A DNA stretch of 64,000 bases from Marsupella aquatica (lineage: Eukaryota; Plantae; Marchantiophyta): NCBI GenBank assembly GCA_973895155.1, contig OZ316891.1, positions 15,407,037 to 15,471,036 of the forward strand, written 5' to 3'. Positions within the stretch are counted from its first letter, which is position 1; every line of letters starts with the position of its first letter. Positions 1 to 13,174 of this stretch are shown here, in pieces. Under the pieces are notes generated by a model. The model made no database searches. It was given only the letters and a program-made list of their open reading frames with translations, and was not told where the DNA came from. A program made the translations under genes and the position numbers.

Positions 1-158
1 TTTATTATTATTTAATAGTATAAGCTCACACACACTGACACTCTACTTTGTGTAGTTGTTGCTCCTCCTAGCCAAGGTTTCATTAATAGGGTTTAAACCC
101 TAAACCCTAAATTGGGGTTTAGGGTCTGACTAGGGTTTTATTTAAAAGCATTCTGAGA

Positions 159-1466
159 TTGTTACATTGTGATGCAGCACCTGAGGCACCGAAGTTCAGG
201 CCCCTTCCACGAGTATTGAAGCTACAACTGGATAATTGTGCCTCAGACAACAAGAACAGATATATGATGGCTTATTTGTCATTGTTGACGGCAAGGGAGG
301 TGTTTGAAGAGGTTCATCTTGGTTTTATGGTGGTTGGGCATACTCATGAGGACGTTGACGGTATGTTCGGGCATTTTTCAGAGTCTATGATGCATAACCC
401 CACATACTCATTGCCTGAGTTAATGTCCTTGTTCATGAGAGCAAGGACACCCAATGCAGTCCCACATTTTCTATAGGAGGTCCCAGATTTCAAAAACTAC
501 TTAGCTCCATTCATGTTGAAGGGCCCTGAGGCATTGGTGGGGCATTTAAAACCCAGGCTGTTTAGGTTCTATGTTCGTCATGATAGTATGCCATGCTTCC
601 AATACAAAATGAAGTCAACTGATCAGGGATGGTTACCCAAGGAAGGTATTGAAATGTGGTCATGGAAAGATGACAAAAGTCCTCACATCCCAATTGGGGT
701 GCCCAAACGGCTACCAATGATGGAGTTGAAAATGCTTCCTGAAGTGCTGACAGGGTTGAAGAAGCATGTGTCATTCTTTGAGTTTATTCTAAAGCGAACA
801 AAAGAGGAAGAACCAAAGTGACGTTGGACAACTCTCATCAATTATTGGAATGACATTGTAGATACTCTACAGGGTGAGCAGGTGCAATATGAACCTGAAG
901 GTGCACACAACTTGGAATACGGGTTTTGGCCTTTATCAATATGGAGAGAGCACGTTCCACCAGAATATCGAAATGTGGCATGTGAGTTGGAGGCAACAGT
1001 GGATTATGTGGGACCAGCAAAAGATAAACCTCCTGAGAGTTTTAACCCTAGGGTTGATGTTGTGAAGGGCTGTTATGTGTTGGTACGGCCGGACGACTCA
1101 CACCTGGATGTTTATCCCGTCCATATGGGGTTAGTTGTTACAGATGTGGTAGAAGGACCAGTGAATGAACAAAACCTTCTTACTCATGTATGTGGCGTTG
1201 AGTGGTTTAGACCATTTATGGCAAAGAAGCAACGTGGTCAATCAGACTGGCAGCCAAGAGAGCGGTGGGCAGATTCTTGGGATAAGAAATGGGAACGTGA
1301 TCCATCTCCAATATACAAGGAAGCTGAGACAATAGATGTTTCCTCTGCCTTGTGGTGTTTCAAAGCACGCAAAGGACCAGTGACAGGGCTGGTAGGAATT
1401 CCAAAGAATGTTGCTGTCAAGGCAAGAGACTATCTCTTGACATGCATAGCAAGTGACAAATCCTAG
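159..1466 (+). pseudogene. Sola-type (DUF7869-like) DDD transposase, C-terminal part, with two nonsense codons
   Basis: ORFs 159-476, 513-821 and 882-1466 are in one frame, broken only by TAG 474-476 and TGA 819-821. Motif LQLDNC..DNKN...GFMVVGHTHEDVDGMF is typical of Sola/DUF7869 transposases. The 5' part lies outside the window. Confidence 0.75.
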
Positions 1467-1560
1467 ACAGTAATGAAGCATGTAGTTTAGCATATAGTTT
1501 AAAAGGCAACTCAGAATAGTAGTAGCCAGAGAACTCAAGTTTAGACAAGTCTTATCGTCT

Positions 1561-2140
1561 AAGTTAGTTAGTTGGTTAGTTTATTTAAGATATAATATTA
1601 GTTAGTGGGGCCTTAGTTTGGTGATATATATTAAGGCATGATATTATTGACATTCAAATGAATGTCCAGTAGACATTGTAATATACAACAATCCTATTAA
1701 TAAATAATAATTATAGTTACACCCTCAAGTGAACTCAACTTTCAATGATTTATGATTTTATATGGTTCCATGCCTGATTGAGTCAAAGCAATAGAAACTA
1801 ACTAATTAAAGGGTGATACTATAATTGTAGGTCACGCACCCTGGTGCGTGTCAATCTTTTTTGTATTCAACCTATAGTAATTAAATAGACAAGTTAGTTA
1901 GTTGGTTAGTTTATTTAAGATATAATATTAGTTAGTGGGCCCTTAGTTTGGTGATATTAAGGCATGATATTATTGACATTCAAATGAATGTCCAGTAGAC
2001 ATTGTAATATACAACAATCCTATTAATTGTTGTAAAGAAACTAATTAATTAAAGGGTGGTACTTACTATGATTGTAGGTCACGCACCCTGGTGCGTGTCA
2101 ATCTTTTTTGTATTCAACCCTATAATAATTAAATAGACAA
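1561..2140. repeat. Imperfect tandem duplication (~330-bp first unit) downstream of the Sola-like gene
   Basis: aagttagttagttggttagtttatttaagatataatattag starts at both 1561 and 1891. gtaggtcacgcaccctggtgcgtgtcaatc occurs in both copies. The second copy has an internal deletion. Confidence 0.85.
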
Positions 2141-2457
2141 TTGAAACAATGAATGATAGTTTAATTAAGGATTTGTGCATGGATCAAGAGGTACTTGATG
2201 TCATTTAGTGATGCATTGTTATAAAGATCTTGCAACAAAATATTTGAAGTTTTTGACTATCCCACCAAATGTTAAAGAGGTTGATCATTCATTAACTAAT
2301 AATATTTAGATAAAATTGTAATTAATCTAATACTTCAGTATTCCTTAAATTGGGGTTCAACGGTTAACTAAGGGTTAACTAGAACTAAGCCGTAGCCAAA
2401 CAGGAATGAGTAATCCACATACAAATAGTCACACGTTGCTAAATAACTCTACTTGCA

Positions 2458-3405
2458 CTACAACTGCAAAACCTGCAAAGTAGCACGGTGTCTTGAGAAA
2501 CTCTCCAAATGAATCACCTTGGTAAAGGCATCAGCGGGATTGAGCTTTCCATCAATCTTGACTAGCTCAAAAGTCTTATCAGACACTACTTGCCTAATAA
2601 AATGGTACCTATATCAATGTGCTTCACCCTGCTATCCATCACTTGGTTAGCAGCCAAGTGAAAAGCACTCTGACTATCACAGTTTAGAGTCATTTTGCCA
2701 TGCTCTAAACCCATCTCCGCGATCAACTTATCCAACCAAATTGCTTCCTTTGCTGCTTCTGCTGCTGCAACATACTCTGTTTCTGTAGTAGACTGAGATA
2801 TATACTTCTGCAAGGTAGATTTCCAATTGATACATCCTCCTCCAAGAGTAAATACAAACCTAGTTGTAGACCTCCTTGTATCCAGACAGCCTCCATAGTC
2901 AGAATCTACATAGCCAACTAACGTTCTATCTGATCTTGCATCAAATAGTAACCCATAATCATGTGTTCCCTTCACATACCTGAGAATCCATTTCACAGTA
3001 TCCCAATGTACTTTCCCTGGATGACATGAATCTGCTAACCTTGCCCATCGCTAGGGCCAAGTCAAGCCTAGTACAAGTCATCAAATACATCAGATTGCCT
3101 ACTGCCTTCTCATAAGGAATCTTAGCCATCAGACCTTTCTCCACAGCATCCGTAGGAGAGAAAGCCGATGATAACTTGAAATATGAAGCTAAAGGAATAC
3201 TCACTGGCTTACAGTTTTTCATGTTGAATCGTGCAAGTACTTTACTCGCATACTTGCCTTAACTCAAGCACAACTGTCCAGTATCAGAGTTCCTAAAAAT
3301 CTTCATCCCTAAGATCCTCTTGGCCTTACCAAGATCCTTCATCTTGAATTTCAGAACTCAATTTTGTCTTGAGTTTGTCAACCTCAGATTGATCTTTAGC
3401 CACAA
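2458..3405 (-). pseudogene. Copia A pol: RT C-terminus and RNase H, with frameshifts/stops
   Basis: EFKMKDLG, LMYLMTCTRLDL, GYVDSDYGG..DTRRSTT, SQSTTETEYVAA, CDSQSA..KHIDI and NPADAFTK motifs; stop at 2458-2460. Confidence 0.9.
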
Positions 3406-4782
3406 AGTGGTGGACCTAGCCACCAAGCGCCCTCACCAATCCCAACACTTGCGCCTAAGTGCCCTTGATGCCCGAACGCATCCACGAAATACCTCGAGCA
3501 AGCATCCAAGTGCCTCTAGCACCACCTGCGGCCACTCCCATACGAAGTCGCACTTGCTCACCTACACGACCGCTACTCAACGGTCCTCACTATCTGCACA
3601 AACAACCAGCACCTCGGTAAGTAACCCCTCCGGATCTAGAACTCGCCCAGTCTAGCATCCTAACTCAAGCTCAACAGATGTTGGTAAATAGGTCAGCGAT
3701 AGGTCCTCCCGATGCCATAAGCTGAAACCAGAACCCACACCCACTATCCGTCCAGGACAGCTCCTTCCTTGGGCGCGGCCCGGGTTCCCCCTCGTACCTA
3801 TCCATCACCAACTGACCGCACTGACCTCAGGACATGATCATGGCCCAAATAGCGTAGCTTGTCCTAAAGCTCGTCCCAAGCTTGTCTCAACACGCCAGGA
3901 CCAGAACGGCCCCAACTCTAACACCCACTCCCGGTTCGCTCCACTGATGGTCTAGGGACCGAGCGCCCTTGGGACTCAACCTCCATACCTACTTGGCCTT
4001 GCCTCCCCAACACAAGCTCTCTTGGGAGGCTGAACACGGCTTGGCTGCTGTTCGGCAGGATTTGGCAAGCGGGCGAGCTAACACCCGCAAACCACGAGAA
4101 CCCATGGCACCCCCAGACCCAGCTGAGCTCAGGAGGGCGTAGCCTTTCTCAAGAGCTTTCCAGCGCACCTAAGAAGTCTTCCAACGGACTTCTCGTTGGG
4201 AAGATATCACCATTTTTGTTTGGCAGTTTCCCTTAGTGTCGCGACCGCCGCGGCTCACGACTTCGGCTCGGCCTTAGCCCCCCAGGGAGACACCACTCCC
4301 CTCATATATGTTTCTGGAGACCTGCCACCCCCAGACCAACTTTGGTCCCTAAACATTTGGCCCCCAACCCGGATCCCATCGCGCATAATGGGCGCGCCAC
4401 CAACTGGCAATGCCCATAACTTTCTTGATAGGCATCCGCAAGCGGAGTGCCGTAGCACGTTGTGACCGGGCTGACCCCTGGACATGCCTAGGCCCTCAGG
4501 TCTGATCGCCGCTCGGGGCCCCCGACCGGCCCAACCTGGATCGGGCCACAACTTCTGCCAATGGCGTCAACTCCATTGGCCTTGGGCCCAAGAGGAGCTC
4601 ACTCTCAAGCCCTCAGAACTCAAAGCCCCTCCGACGGTCCGGATGGCCAACCTCGAGCCCGACCCATTTCTCCTTGACCCTACCAGCCGTAGGCTAGTCC
4701 AAGTCCTTAGTGTGTGTCCTCAGCTTGACCCCTTGCCTCGCTAGTGCCACGTCTCATTGCCCACAAGTCTCCCCATGCTAAG

Positions 4783-5079
4783 TGTAAGAAACCGTCGGCT
4801 CCAGACTAGACAGCAATGCGGAAACATGAGAGAGACTCACTCAATCAGACGCTACACCAACAAGACACCCCGAGTGGAGAAACTCCTGAAGGCTCCATAG
4901 CAAATGAGAGTACATGTGAAGAATGAGGGAGAGAGTGCTCTCCCTCCAGCCTATACCTCCAAGGGGGCCAAGATGAGTGGGCCTAAATAAGCAGATCTTA
5001 TCCAAATATAATCTAGGGTTAAAACTAACCCTAGTAAGGCCAAGCTAACTATGTTAGGAACTAGAGTCAATTCCTAACA
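4783..5079 (-). repeat. Copia B 3' LTR (297 bp)
   Basis: TG..CA ends. Matches 11103-12072 minus the MITE, with 7 differences counted by eye, all transitions. Confidence 0.97.
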
Positions 5080-5146
5080 ATCTCCACCTTGACTCAAGTT
5101 CACACAATGAGTCAGGTGATATACAATATGTAACTAAGTAACATAT

Positions 5147-8100
5147 TTACATAGTCACTGGTTTGGCCCTAACATTAATAATATCCACACAATGACTAAA
5201 GCTACTGGTAGGTAAAACTTTGGTAAGCATGTCTGCCGCATTCTCCTCTGAAGCCACCTTCTCCAGAAACATCTGCTTCGTCTCAATCACCTCACGAATG
5301 AAGTGATAACGAATATCAATGTGCTTTGTCCTGGCATGGAACACAGGGTTCTTAGCCAGATGCAAAGCACTTTGACTGTCGCACAACAGCACCGGTCTTT
5401 CAGGTGAAAGACCCAGATCACTCACCAATCTCCGTAGCCAGATCAGCTCCTTGGTTGCCTCACATGCAGCCATGTACTCAGCCTCAGTAGTAGACAAAGC
5501 AACACAAGATTGAGTTGCCGACTTCCAGCTGATACAACCTCCACCCAGCATAAACACATAGCCTTTAGTAGACTTTCTGTTATCCAAGTTACCAGCATAA
5601 TCTGAATCTACAAAACCTTCCAACTCTAATGTAGAGTCTGCTTTACTGTCAAATAAGATCCCACAATCTAAGGTACCTTTCAGATACCGCAAAACCCACT
5701 TCACTGCTTCCCAGTGAAGCTTACCAGGATTTGCCATAAATCTGCTCAAAATGCTAACAGCATGGGCAATGTTAGGTCTAGTGCATGTCATTGCATACAT
5801 CAAACTACCCACAACACTATCAATGGGAACATGTTTCATCGCCAGTCTATCACTCTCACTAGAAGGGCAATCATCCTTTGAGAGTTTAAAGTGGGAGGCC
5901 AATGGAGTACCAACTGGTTTTGCATTCTCCATTCCATACTTGGCAAGTACCTTCTCCAAATACTGCCTCTGAGACAACCATAATTACCTTTGCTCCCTGT
6001 CACGATGAATCTCCATCCCTAGTATCTTCTTGGCGTGACCCAAGTCCTTCATTGAAAACTCCTTACTCAACATTGCTTTCAGATGGGCAACATCAGACTT
6101 ATTCTCAGCCAAGATCAGTATGTCATCCACGTACAATGCCAGCACAATGTAACCAAAGCGTGAGTAATTCTCCACCTCCTTCATGTAAATACAACAATCA
6201 TGTTCACTTCGTGTGAACCCCTGAGATAACATGAAGGAATCAAAACGCTTATTCCACTGTTTGGGACTCTGCTTCAATCCGTATAACGAGCGCAAGAGCT
6301 TACACACCAAGTGTCTGGTCTTCTCATCAATAAAACTTGGAGGCTGAGTCATATAAATCTCCACATCAAGCAATCCATGCAGGAAAGCAGTAATTACATC
6401 CATCTGATCTAACTCAAGATCATAGAATGTCACAATCGCAAGTAAAACACGGATAGTAGCGAGTTTGACAAATGGTGAGAAAATCTCCGTGTAGTCCAAG
6501 CCCTCCTTCTGGGTGTACCCTTTGGCCACAAGGCAAGCCTTGTAAATGCCATCCTGCTTCTTCTTGTACAACCATCTACACGGAACCAGTGTTTTCCCGC
6601 GAGGCATGTCAGTTAAGCGCCAAGTTGAATTCTTCTTCAAGAATTCATTTCCTTCAACATCGCCTCCAACCACTTATCCTTCTCTGGAGAGGCCATAGCT
6701 TCTTCATAGCTAGAGGGGTCTCCATCTTCAGTAAGCAAAACAACACCGGGATCATCGTCATGTTCAACAACATGAACACGAGGATCTGCAAAACCAAATC
6801 TATTAGGGGGTTGGCCAAAATTGGCCCTGGTGGAGCGCCTTGGTTGAGGAATTGCTCCTCTACTAGAGGGACCAACAGCTTCCTCATCACCACCAAGCTC
6901 CACCGTAGTGGGTTCCTCCACCTGTTCCTCCTGAATATCCTGGGGTCTTGACAACCATTCTTCGTCAAAAACAACATTTTTGCTCACAACTACCTTGCAA
7001 TCGATAGGATCCCACAATTTATAGCCCTTCTGCCCAGGACTAAAACCTAGAAAAATACATTTCTTAGACTTGGGATCCAACTTAGACCTGTGTGTCTGCT
7101 CAATGTGAACATAGGCAGCACAACCAAAAACTCAGAGTCTAGAGTAATCAGCAGGTCTCTTATACCACAACTCAAATGGAGTCTGCATCAACTTACTACT
7201 ATGCGGTGACAGATTGTAGACGTATGCAGCTTGGTTGACAGCTTCAGCCCAAAAGTTGTTGGGCAACTTGGACTTACATAGCATGTTGCGTGCTTTCTCC
7301 AATAATGTCCGATTCAACCGTTCTGCAACTCCATTCTGTTGCGGGGTCTCCGGTACAGTGTAATGACGCTTGAGGCCAAGGTCCCGACCAAATTGATCAA
7401 ACTCATTGGACTTATACTTGCCACCGTTATCGGACCGAACACACTTCAACTCCTTCCCAGTTTGTAGCTCTACCATGGCTTTCCACTCCTTGAAAATCTC
7501 AAAGACTTGAGACTTCTCCTTCATGTAGTACAACCAACACATTCGAGAGTAATCATCTACAAACGTCACAAAATATCTGGCTCCACCCAACGACGGCTCC
7601 GGCGCTGGACCCCAAACATCCGAATGTACATACTCAAGAATTTCATGAGAATGGTATGAACTAGAACTGAAACTCACTCTCCTCTGCTTGCCGAAGATGC
7701 AATCTTCACAGAAAGAGAGTTTACCAGATTGAGCGCCTTGCAACAAATCTCTGTTTGCCAAGGCTGCCAATCCTTTACCGCTCAAGTGCCCCAACCGTGC
7801 ATGCCACAAATCTATAGCTTGTGTGCGACCAGATGTTGAGGGTGCTTCAATTGAAGCAGCCGTAAATGACTCTATAGCAGATGTTGCCGCTGCATCCGAA
7901 CGTTCCACCACAGAATCCACATGCTCCACTCTAGGAGCAATGATATCTCCTTCCAAGATGTACAAATTATTCTGCCGTAGCGCCTTAATCAAAGATACAT
8001 CATCTTTGACGACAAAGAGCGCACCATCACGTGCAGTGAAATGAGATCCACCGGCTTCCAAAGCACCAAGAGAAATCAAATTCTTAGAGATGTCTGGTAT

Positions 8101-9412
8101 GTGTTTGACTTGCGTCAGTGCTCGCACAACACCATCAAACATCCGGAATTTGATAGTCCCCATGCCAACAATCGCACATCGGACTCCATTTCCGATTTCC
8201 ACAGTACCAGTACAAGGTTGGTAAGTGGAGAAATACGATTGCGTTGGACACACGTGATAAGAGGAACCCGAATCCAACATCCATTTATTGTCATATACAG
8301 AATTCACTGCACCAATACATAGCACTTCAGTAGCATCCTCATTATCAGCAATCACAATACCAGCCGACGATGAGGACGCACCATTGGAAGCAGGACGCTT
8401 CTGCTTCGATAGAGAAGGACAATTCCACTTGGTGTGGCCCTTCTCATGGCAATTCCAACACTGAACTTTCTTACTACGGGACTTAGATTTAGACGTACTA
8501 TGTGATTTAGATCTAGACTGATCCGTAGTACGCTCCGTCAATCTGCCTCTAACCACTAAGGCAGCAGACTCATTGTCACGGCCAGAAAGTTGTCGCTTGC
8601 CCCATTCTGCAAGAACGGTAGCCTTCACCTCATCCAATTTCAACGTAGACTTGTCATGTGTGATGACCGTCACCAATGTTGAATAGGTCTGAGGAAGCGA
8701 CATCAACAAATGCATCGCAAGATACTCATCGGGCAACTTGTCTCCTGCCGTGGTCACCTCGTGCACAATCTCATCGAAGAGACTGAGGTGATCACGCATG
8801 TTGCCACCATCCTTCAACTTCAACCTGAACAGCCGCTCCAAGTGATAAATGCGAGTAGTCAACGAAGTACTCTGGTATAGCTGAGTAAGCATATCCCAGA
8901 TCTTCTTGGCATTCCGATCCATCCCCAACACGTTCTTGAGAATGTTGTTTGCCAAGAACAACTCAATTGTGCTACATGCCTGCACTGACATGTCCTCCCA
9001 CTCCTCATCTGTTAGATTCGAGGGTTTCACTCTAGTGAGGGTCTTCTCAAGACCTTGCTGGATCAACACATTGGTCACCTTTCGAGTCCAAGTGATAAAT
9101 GCGAGTAGTCAACGAAGTACTCTGGTATAGCTGAGTAAGCATATCCCAGATCTTCTTGGCATTCCGATCCATCCCCAACACGTTCTTGAGAATGTTGTTT
9201 GCCAAGAACAACTCAATTGTGCTACATGCCTGCACTGACATGTCCTCCCACTCCTCATCTGTTAGATTCGAGGGTTTCACTCCAGTGAGGGTCTTCTCAA
9301 GACCTTGCTGGATCAACACATTGGTCACCTTTCGAGTCCAGAGGCTGAAGCTGACCTTCCCGTCAAACTTCTCCACCTCAAACTTTGGCGCTGCAAGCTT
9401 TCTTGAAGTCAT
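5147..9412 (-). pseudogene. Copia B gag-pol polyprotein, inactivated
   Basis: KFEVEKFDG (gag), CWNCHEKGHTKWNC zinc knuckle, WMLDSGSSYH protease, WHARLGH plus HSDVWG..RSDNGG..QNGVAER integrase, YVDD RT, RNase H. Lesions: 250-bp duplication in gag, stops at 7132 and 5984, frameshift near 6640. Confidence 0.95.
8837..9340. repeat. 250-bp tandem duplication in Copia B gag
   Basis: tccaagtgataaatgcgagtagtc starts at 8837 and 9087. TCCA microhomology at 8837, 9087 and 9337. One mismatch seen between the copies. Confidence 0.95.
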
Positions 9413-11102
9413 TGATGCTGCCACAAACATAAAGGAAATACACAACCGAAATACCTCCACCCAAAAATTCACCAAAAATTGAAAGTTGGCGAAAGTGGAA
9501 ATGGAATGCACCGCCGCGTAGCCTGCAAGGTACACTGCCAAGATCTGAAAATAATTCGGCGAAAAACTTCTTCAGCAAAAACTTATTCAACCCGGACCAG
9601 AGGGTTTTGACCCCCCGTCAGGTATCTTAGGTCCTGAAAAAATTTTGCAACAGCAACGCACAAATCAATTTCACTAGCCCGTGCTCAACTCCCTTGAGTA
9701 TCCCCTTGCAAAGTGTCGCAAAAAAATTCTGCCTCGACGACCGATGAAATTGAAAATTTCAGTCAAAAATTAGCTCTCTGGAAAAGTATCTTTTCCAGGG
9801 AATCAAAGTACAGTCAAAATGTACAGCAGAAAGAACGTGGAGCTAACACCTGTCCGATTGGAAAATAAAAGATCCAAACACGGAAGGAAAAGAAAAGAAA
9901 ACAAGTAAAAACCCTTTGGCTTTTACAAAAAAATTAAGAACAAAAAGACTACAATCGTCCTCCCGGCCTTCAATTTCTTTTCAAAAAAAATACTCTTGCA
10001 CATAGGGTCGCGCGCCTGCCCATCTCCTTGTTCACCTATTTATGTACGCTGTACCTAGCAGAGTACAGGGATATATAATACCCCCTCGTACCCCCTCCCA
10101 AATCTGTATTGTGTAGGTACAGTAGTACCTTTTGTGTCCTTGGCCACCCACCTGATGCAAGCCTTAATTAAAGGCTCCAAAGTGAAAGGAGCCTCGTATG
10201 CTCCCCCTCCTCACTTAAAGTACAAGCATAGGGCCTCGTGCCCATGTTAATAAGTGCTCCCTAAGGAAAGTAGTATGCTCGCTTCCCCTTTCCCCTCCTA
10301 TTGCTTCTGCATAGGGCAATGGCCCCCTTAAAGCTCCCAAGAGAAGGGAGCTTTGAACTCCCCCTCCCCTCACTTTAAAACTGTACTTATAGGTACGATT
10401 GTACCTGCACAGACGTAAGGCTGTGCTCTAGTACCTCATAGGGCCTTGGGCCAGGGGCTCGACTTTCTCCTCTGCTCCTCCTTCAATCCTTTGTATTCCG
10501 AGCCCTCCTGGCTCACTCGCGCGCATAGGGCAACGTGCCCGGGCAATAAAATCTCCCTTTCGCCCTCTCTCCGCACATACGCAAAGAAACCCGTCCGCAC
10601 CGCCGTCTTTTGTTGTGAGGCGGCACAAACAAAAGTATATGAAAAGAAAAAAAATTGCAACATCGGGCCCTCAACGCACGACCTTTTTACAAAGAAAACA
10701 ACTTTTTTCGGCCCCACACAAGATTAAGTCGAAACATATACAAGCCATAACCTAGAGCATCAAGCTCTAAACAGCAACCTCAATCTACAAGATTACTCGG
10801 TACACCAATGATGAAAAGCAGTGAAACCTTCACCAAAACGTAGTGTCCACCGACGCGCATAAGAGATCGCTAGACTGTCCTCTTGACAGTACTTCAAAGA
10901 ATAGAGACACATCCGACACTCCAGGCTGAAGTTTCAATCGGGAAACCGTCACTGTATTCACGAAATCTTCAACGTGAAATGACCAGTGAAACAATCACAC
11001 AATCATCGACGATGATTCAATCTTCCACCACAATCCAACACAACGAACGCTCTCATCACTGCCCAAGCCACCAAACCATGAACACGAAGCTTTGATACCA
11101 CT

Positions 11103-12072
11103 TGTAAGAAACCGTCGGCTCCGGACTAGATAGCAATGCGGAAACATGAGAGAGACTCACTCAATCAGACGCTACACCAACAAGACACCCCGAGTGGAGA
11201 AACTCCTAAAGGCTCCATAGCAAATGAGAGTACATGTGAAGAACCCTGGGCCCCCAGCCTTTGTAAACTAAAGAGGTATACGTGCGTACACCCCCCTCCT
11301 TAGTACCCCTTATTATTTTTGGAAGCCTATAAAAATTTCTCTTGTTATTCTTAAAAACTTAATTTTGGAGAATAAATCTGCCCCTTTGAGATATTATAAT
11401 TTCACATTTTACACCATTTATGAAAGCCTTGAAAAGTTATAAATTCATCATTTGCACACGGTTTTAAAACTGACGGGAGTGTTTTGGAAGGGTTTTGGGT
11501 ACATACATTTTTGTGTTCGTGACCCTTTAACCCCAAACTTCAACTTTGGGGCATTTTTGAACCACACGGCAGGGTAGTCAGGGTTCAAAAGCTCCAAAGT
11601 CCTAAACTACTCTGAATCATAGATATTGCAAGCATAATTATATGTCATATACACATGTTCCAATAAAGGGTGGCCACAAGGACCAATCCTATTGTGACGC
11701 GTGTCACATCCATATTACATCACCTCTTGAAGCATATTAACTTGGGCAACATTTATATAAGCCTATATTAGTTAGAAAGGGTTCTTTGAATAAAACCATC
11801 CCTTGATATTTCTAAGCCAATTATAAAAATTAATCTCAAATCAGATTTTTTGCACCCTTCATCCGTTCGCACGTCCAACCCATTATTAATAATGCTGGGG
11901 GCCCAGGGGTGAAGAATGAGGGAGAGAGTGCTCTCCCTCCAGCCTATACCCCCAAGGGGGCCAAGATGAGTGGGCCTAAATAAGCGGATCTTATCCAAAT
12001 ATAATCTAGGGTTAAAACTAACCCTAGTAAGGCCAAGCTAACTATGTCGGGAACTAGAGTCAATTCCTAACA
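11103..12072 (-). repeat. Copia B 5' LTR interrupted by a MITE
   Basis: 970 bp = 297-bp LTR + 665-bp insert + 8-bp duplication. Confidence 0.95.
11244..11908. mobile_element. MITE, 665 bp, perfect 15-bp TIR, 8-bp TSD
   Basis: TIR ccctgggcccccagc / gctgggggcccaggg. TSD GTGAAGAA at 11236-11243 and 11909-11916. The empty site is visible in the sister LTR. Confidence 0.95.
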
Positions 12073-12625
12073 CTAAGTCCTCCCCGGATGGCCTATCCGG
12101 GCCTGGACCATAAGGGAGCTCGGCGTCAGAGTAAGCGACGCCGGAGCTAAGTGTTAAACCACAACTAATTATATTTAAACTTTGGGTGACCCGGAGTTAA
12201 CATACGAAAAATGCGATAGTCGCGTTTGCGGACGGGCGCTCATCCGTGACCCTGCGATCGCCACTCACAAATATCTCATCCATTCACGAAATCTGGCAAT
12301 CTACGGCTCAAAATGACGCTCTTTCAAAGATCTACGGCTGACAAAAATCAGCACTCAAAAAGCACCCAAAATGAGCTAGAAAAACAAGAAAAACGAATGA
12401 AGCATTTTGATTGGTTTAGGGAGGAAATTTGAATTTTGAATGTTCGGGCAGGACGGGCAGGGACAGGTGGCTTGTGGAACTAGCGGGTGAAAGGTAAGGG
12501 GGCGACGGGGGTAGTGGGCATTGAGCAGGCGCTGACCGGGTTGCAATGGTTGAGGCCGCAGGAACACCCTGGCCTATTGCGCAGCTGATTGTTCAATTAC
12601 AGTTCTTGGTTCATTAGTAACGAAG

Positions 12626-12697
12626 AGTCCCCCTATGCCATTGGTTAGTACATTCGCCTCCGAAGCAACAGGTCCTGTGTTCGAACCTTGCAGACTG
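12626..12697 (+). other. Degenerate tRNA-like sequence (possibly Arg-CCG derived) or SINE head
   Basis: A-box-like tgccattggttagt, loop cgc-ctccgaa-gc and B-box-like gttcgaacc at tRNA spacing. Stems are poorly paired. Confidence 0.4.
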
Positions 12698-13174
12698 CGG
12701 TTCTGTTGCGCATTTGCTTTTGTCCTATGTGGGAACTATTTGTAAATCAGCTGGGTACATGGCAGCCGATGTTTTTAGGGTTTACACACTATAACCCTAA
12801 TTCCCATGGTTTCCGGCCCAACCTCACTCCATGGGGCAACAGCCTGGGGTAGAGGGATTGTGCAAGGAGGAGCAACCTTGTCTCATTCTTCATTCCTCAC
12901 TTTTGCACACAATCTATCTTTACCACCTCCGGTTGTCTTTTGCTGCTTACTTGCTTTCATTGCTTCTTAGGTTTTTCTATTGCTCCTCAACCCTTACTCT
13001 ATCCATTTGGTTGTTACATTTCTTGTTTTGCTGTATTTTTGTAATTTTCTTCATGTGAGTGACAATCTTTGGTCCTTCACCGGGTTTGGCTTGGCATCCG
13101 GTCTCCATTTTTAGGTTAGATTTTTTATAGCTAGGCTCCACATATCTAGGGTTTAGGCTTTGGGGTACAGTAGT

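Larger units (their letters stand above)
4783..12072 (-). mobile_element. Near full-length Ty1/Copia LTR retrotransposon B
   Basis: LTRs 4783-5079 and 11103-12072. TSD CTAAG at 4778-4782 and 12073-12077. PBS TGGTATCAAAGC at 11089-11100. PPT adjacent to 5080. Domain order gag-PR-IN-RT-RH. Confidence 0.97.

Noticed and set aside
88-137. Telomere (ccctaaa/tttaggg motifs; also ~21695 and ~55593)
   Set aside because: Only 2-3 units; interstitial telo-box-like motifs, not a chromosome end.
159-1466. Stop-codon readthrough, alternative code or U-to-C editing to explain in-frame stops
   Set aside because: Host genes in the window use standard stops; the lesions are confined to transposons and fit C->T decay; U-to-C editing is organellar.
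12626-12697. Functional tRNA gene
   Set aside because: Acceptor, anticodon and T stems are largely unpaired; kept only as tRNA-like.
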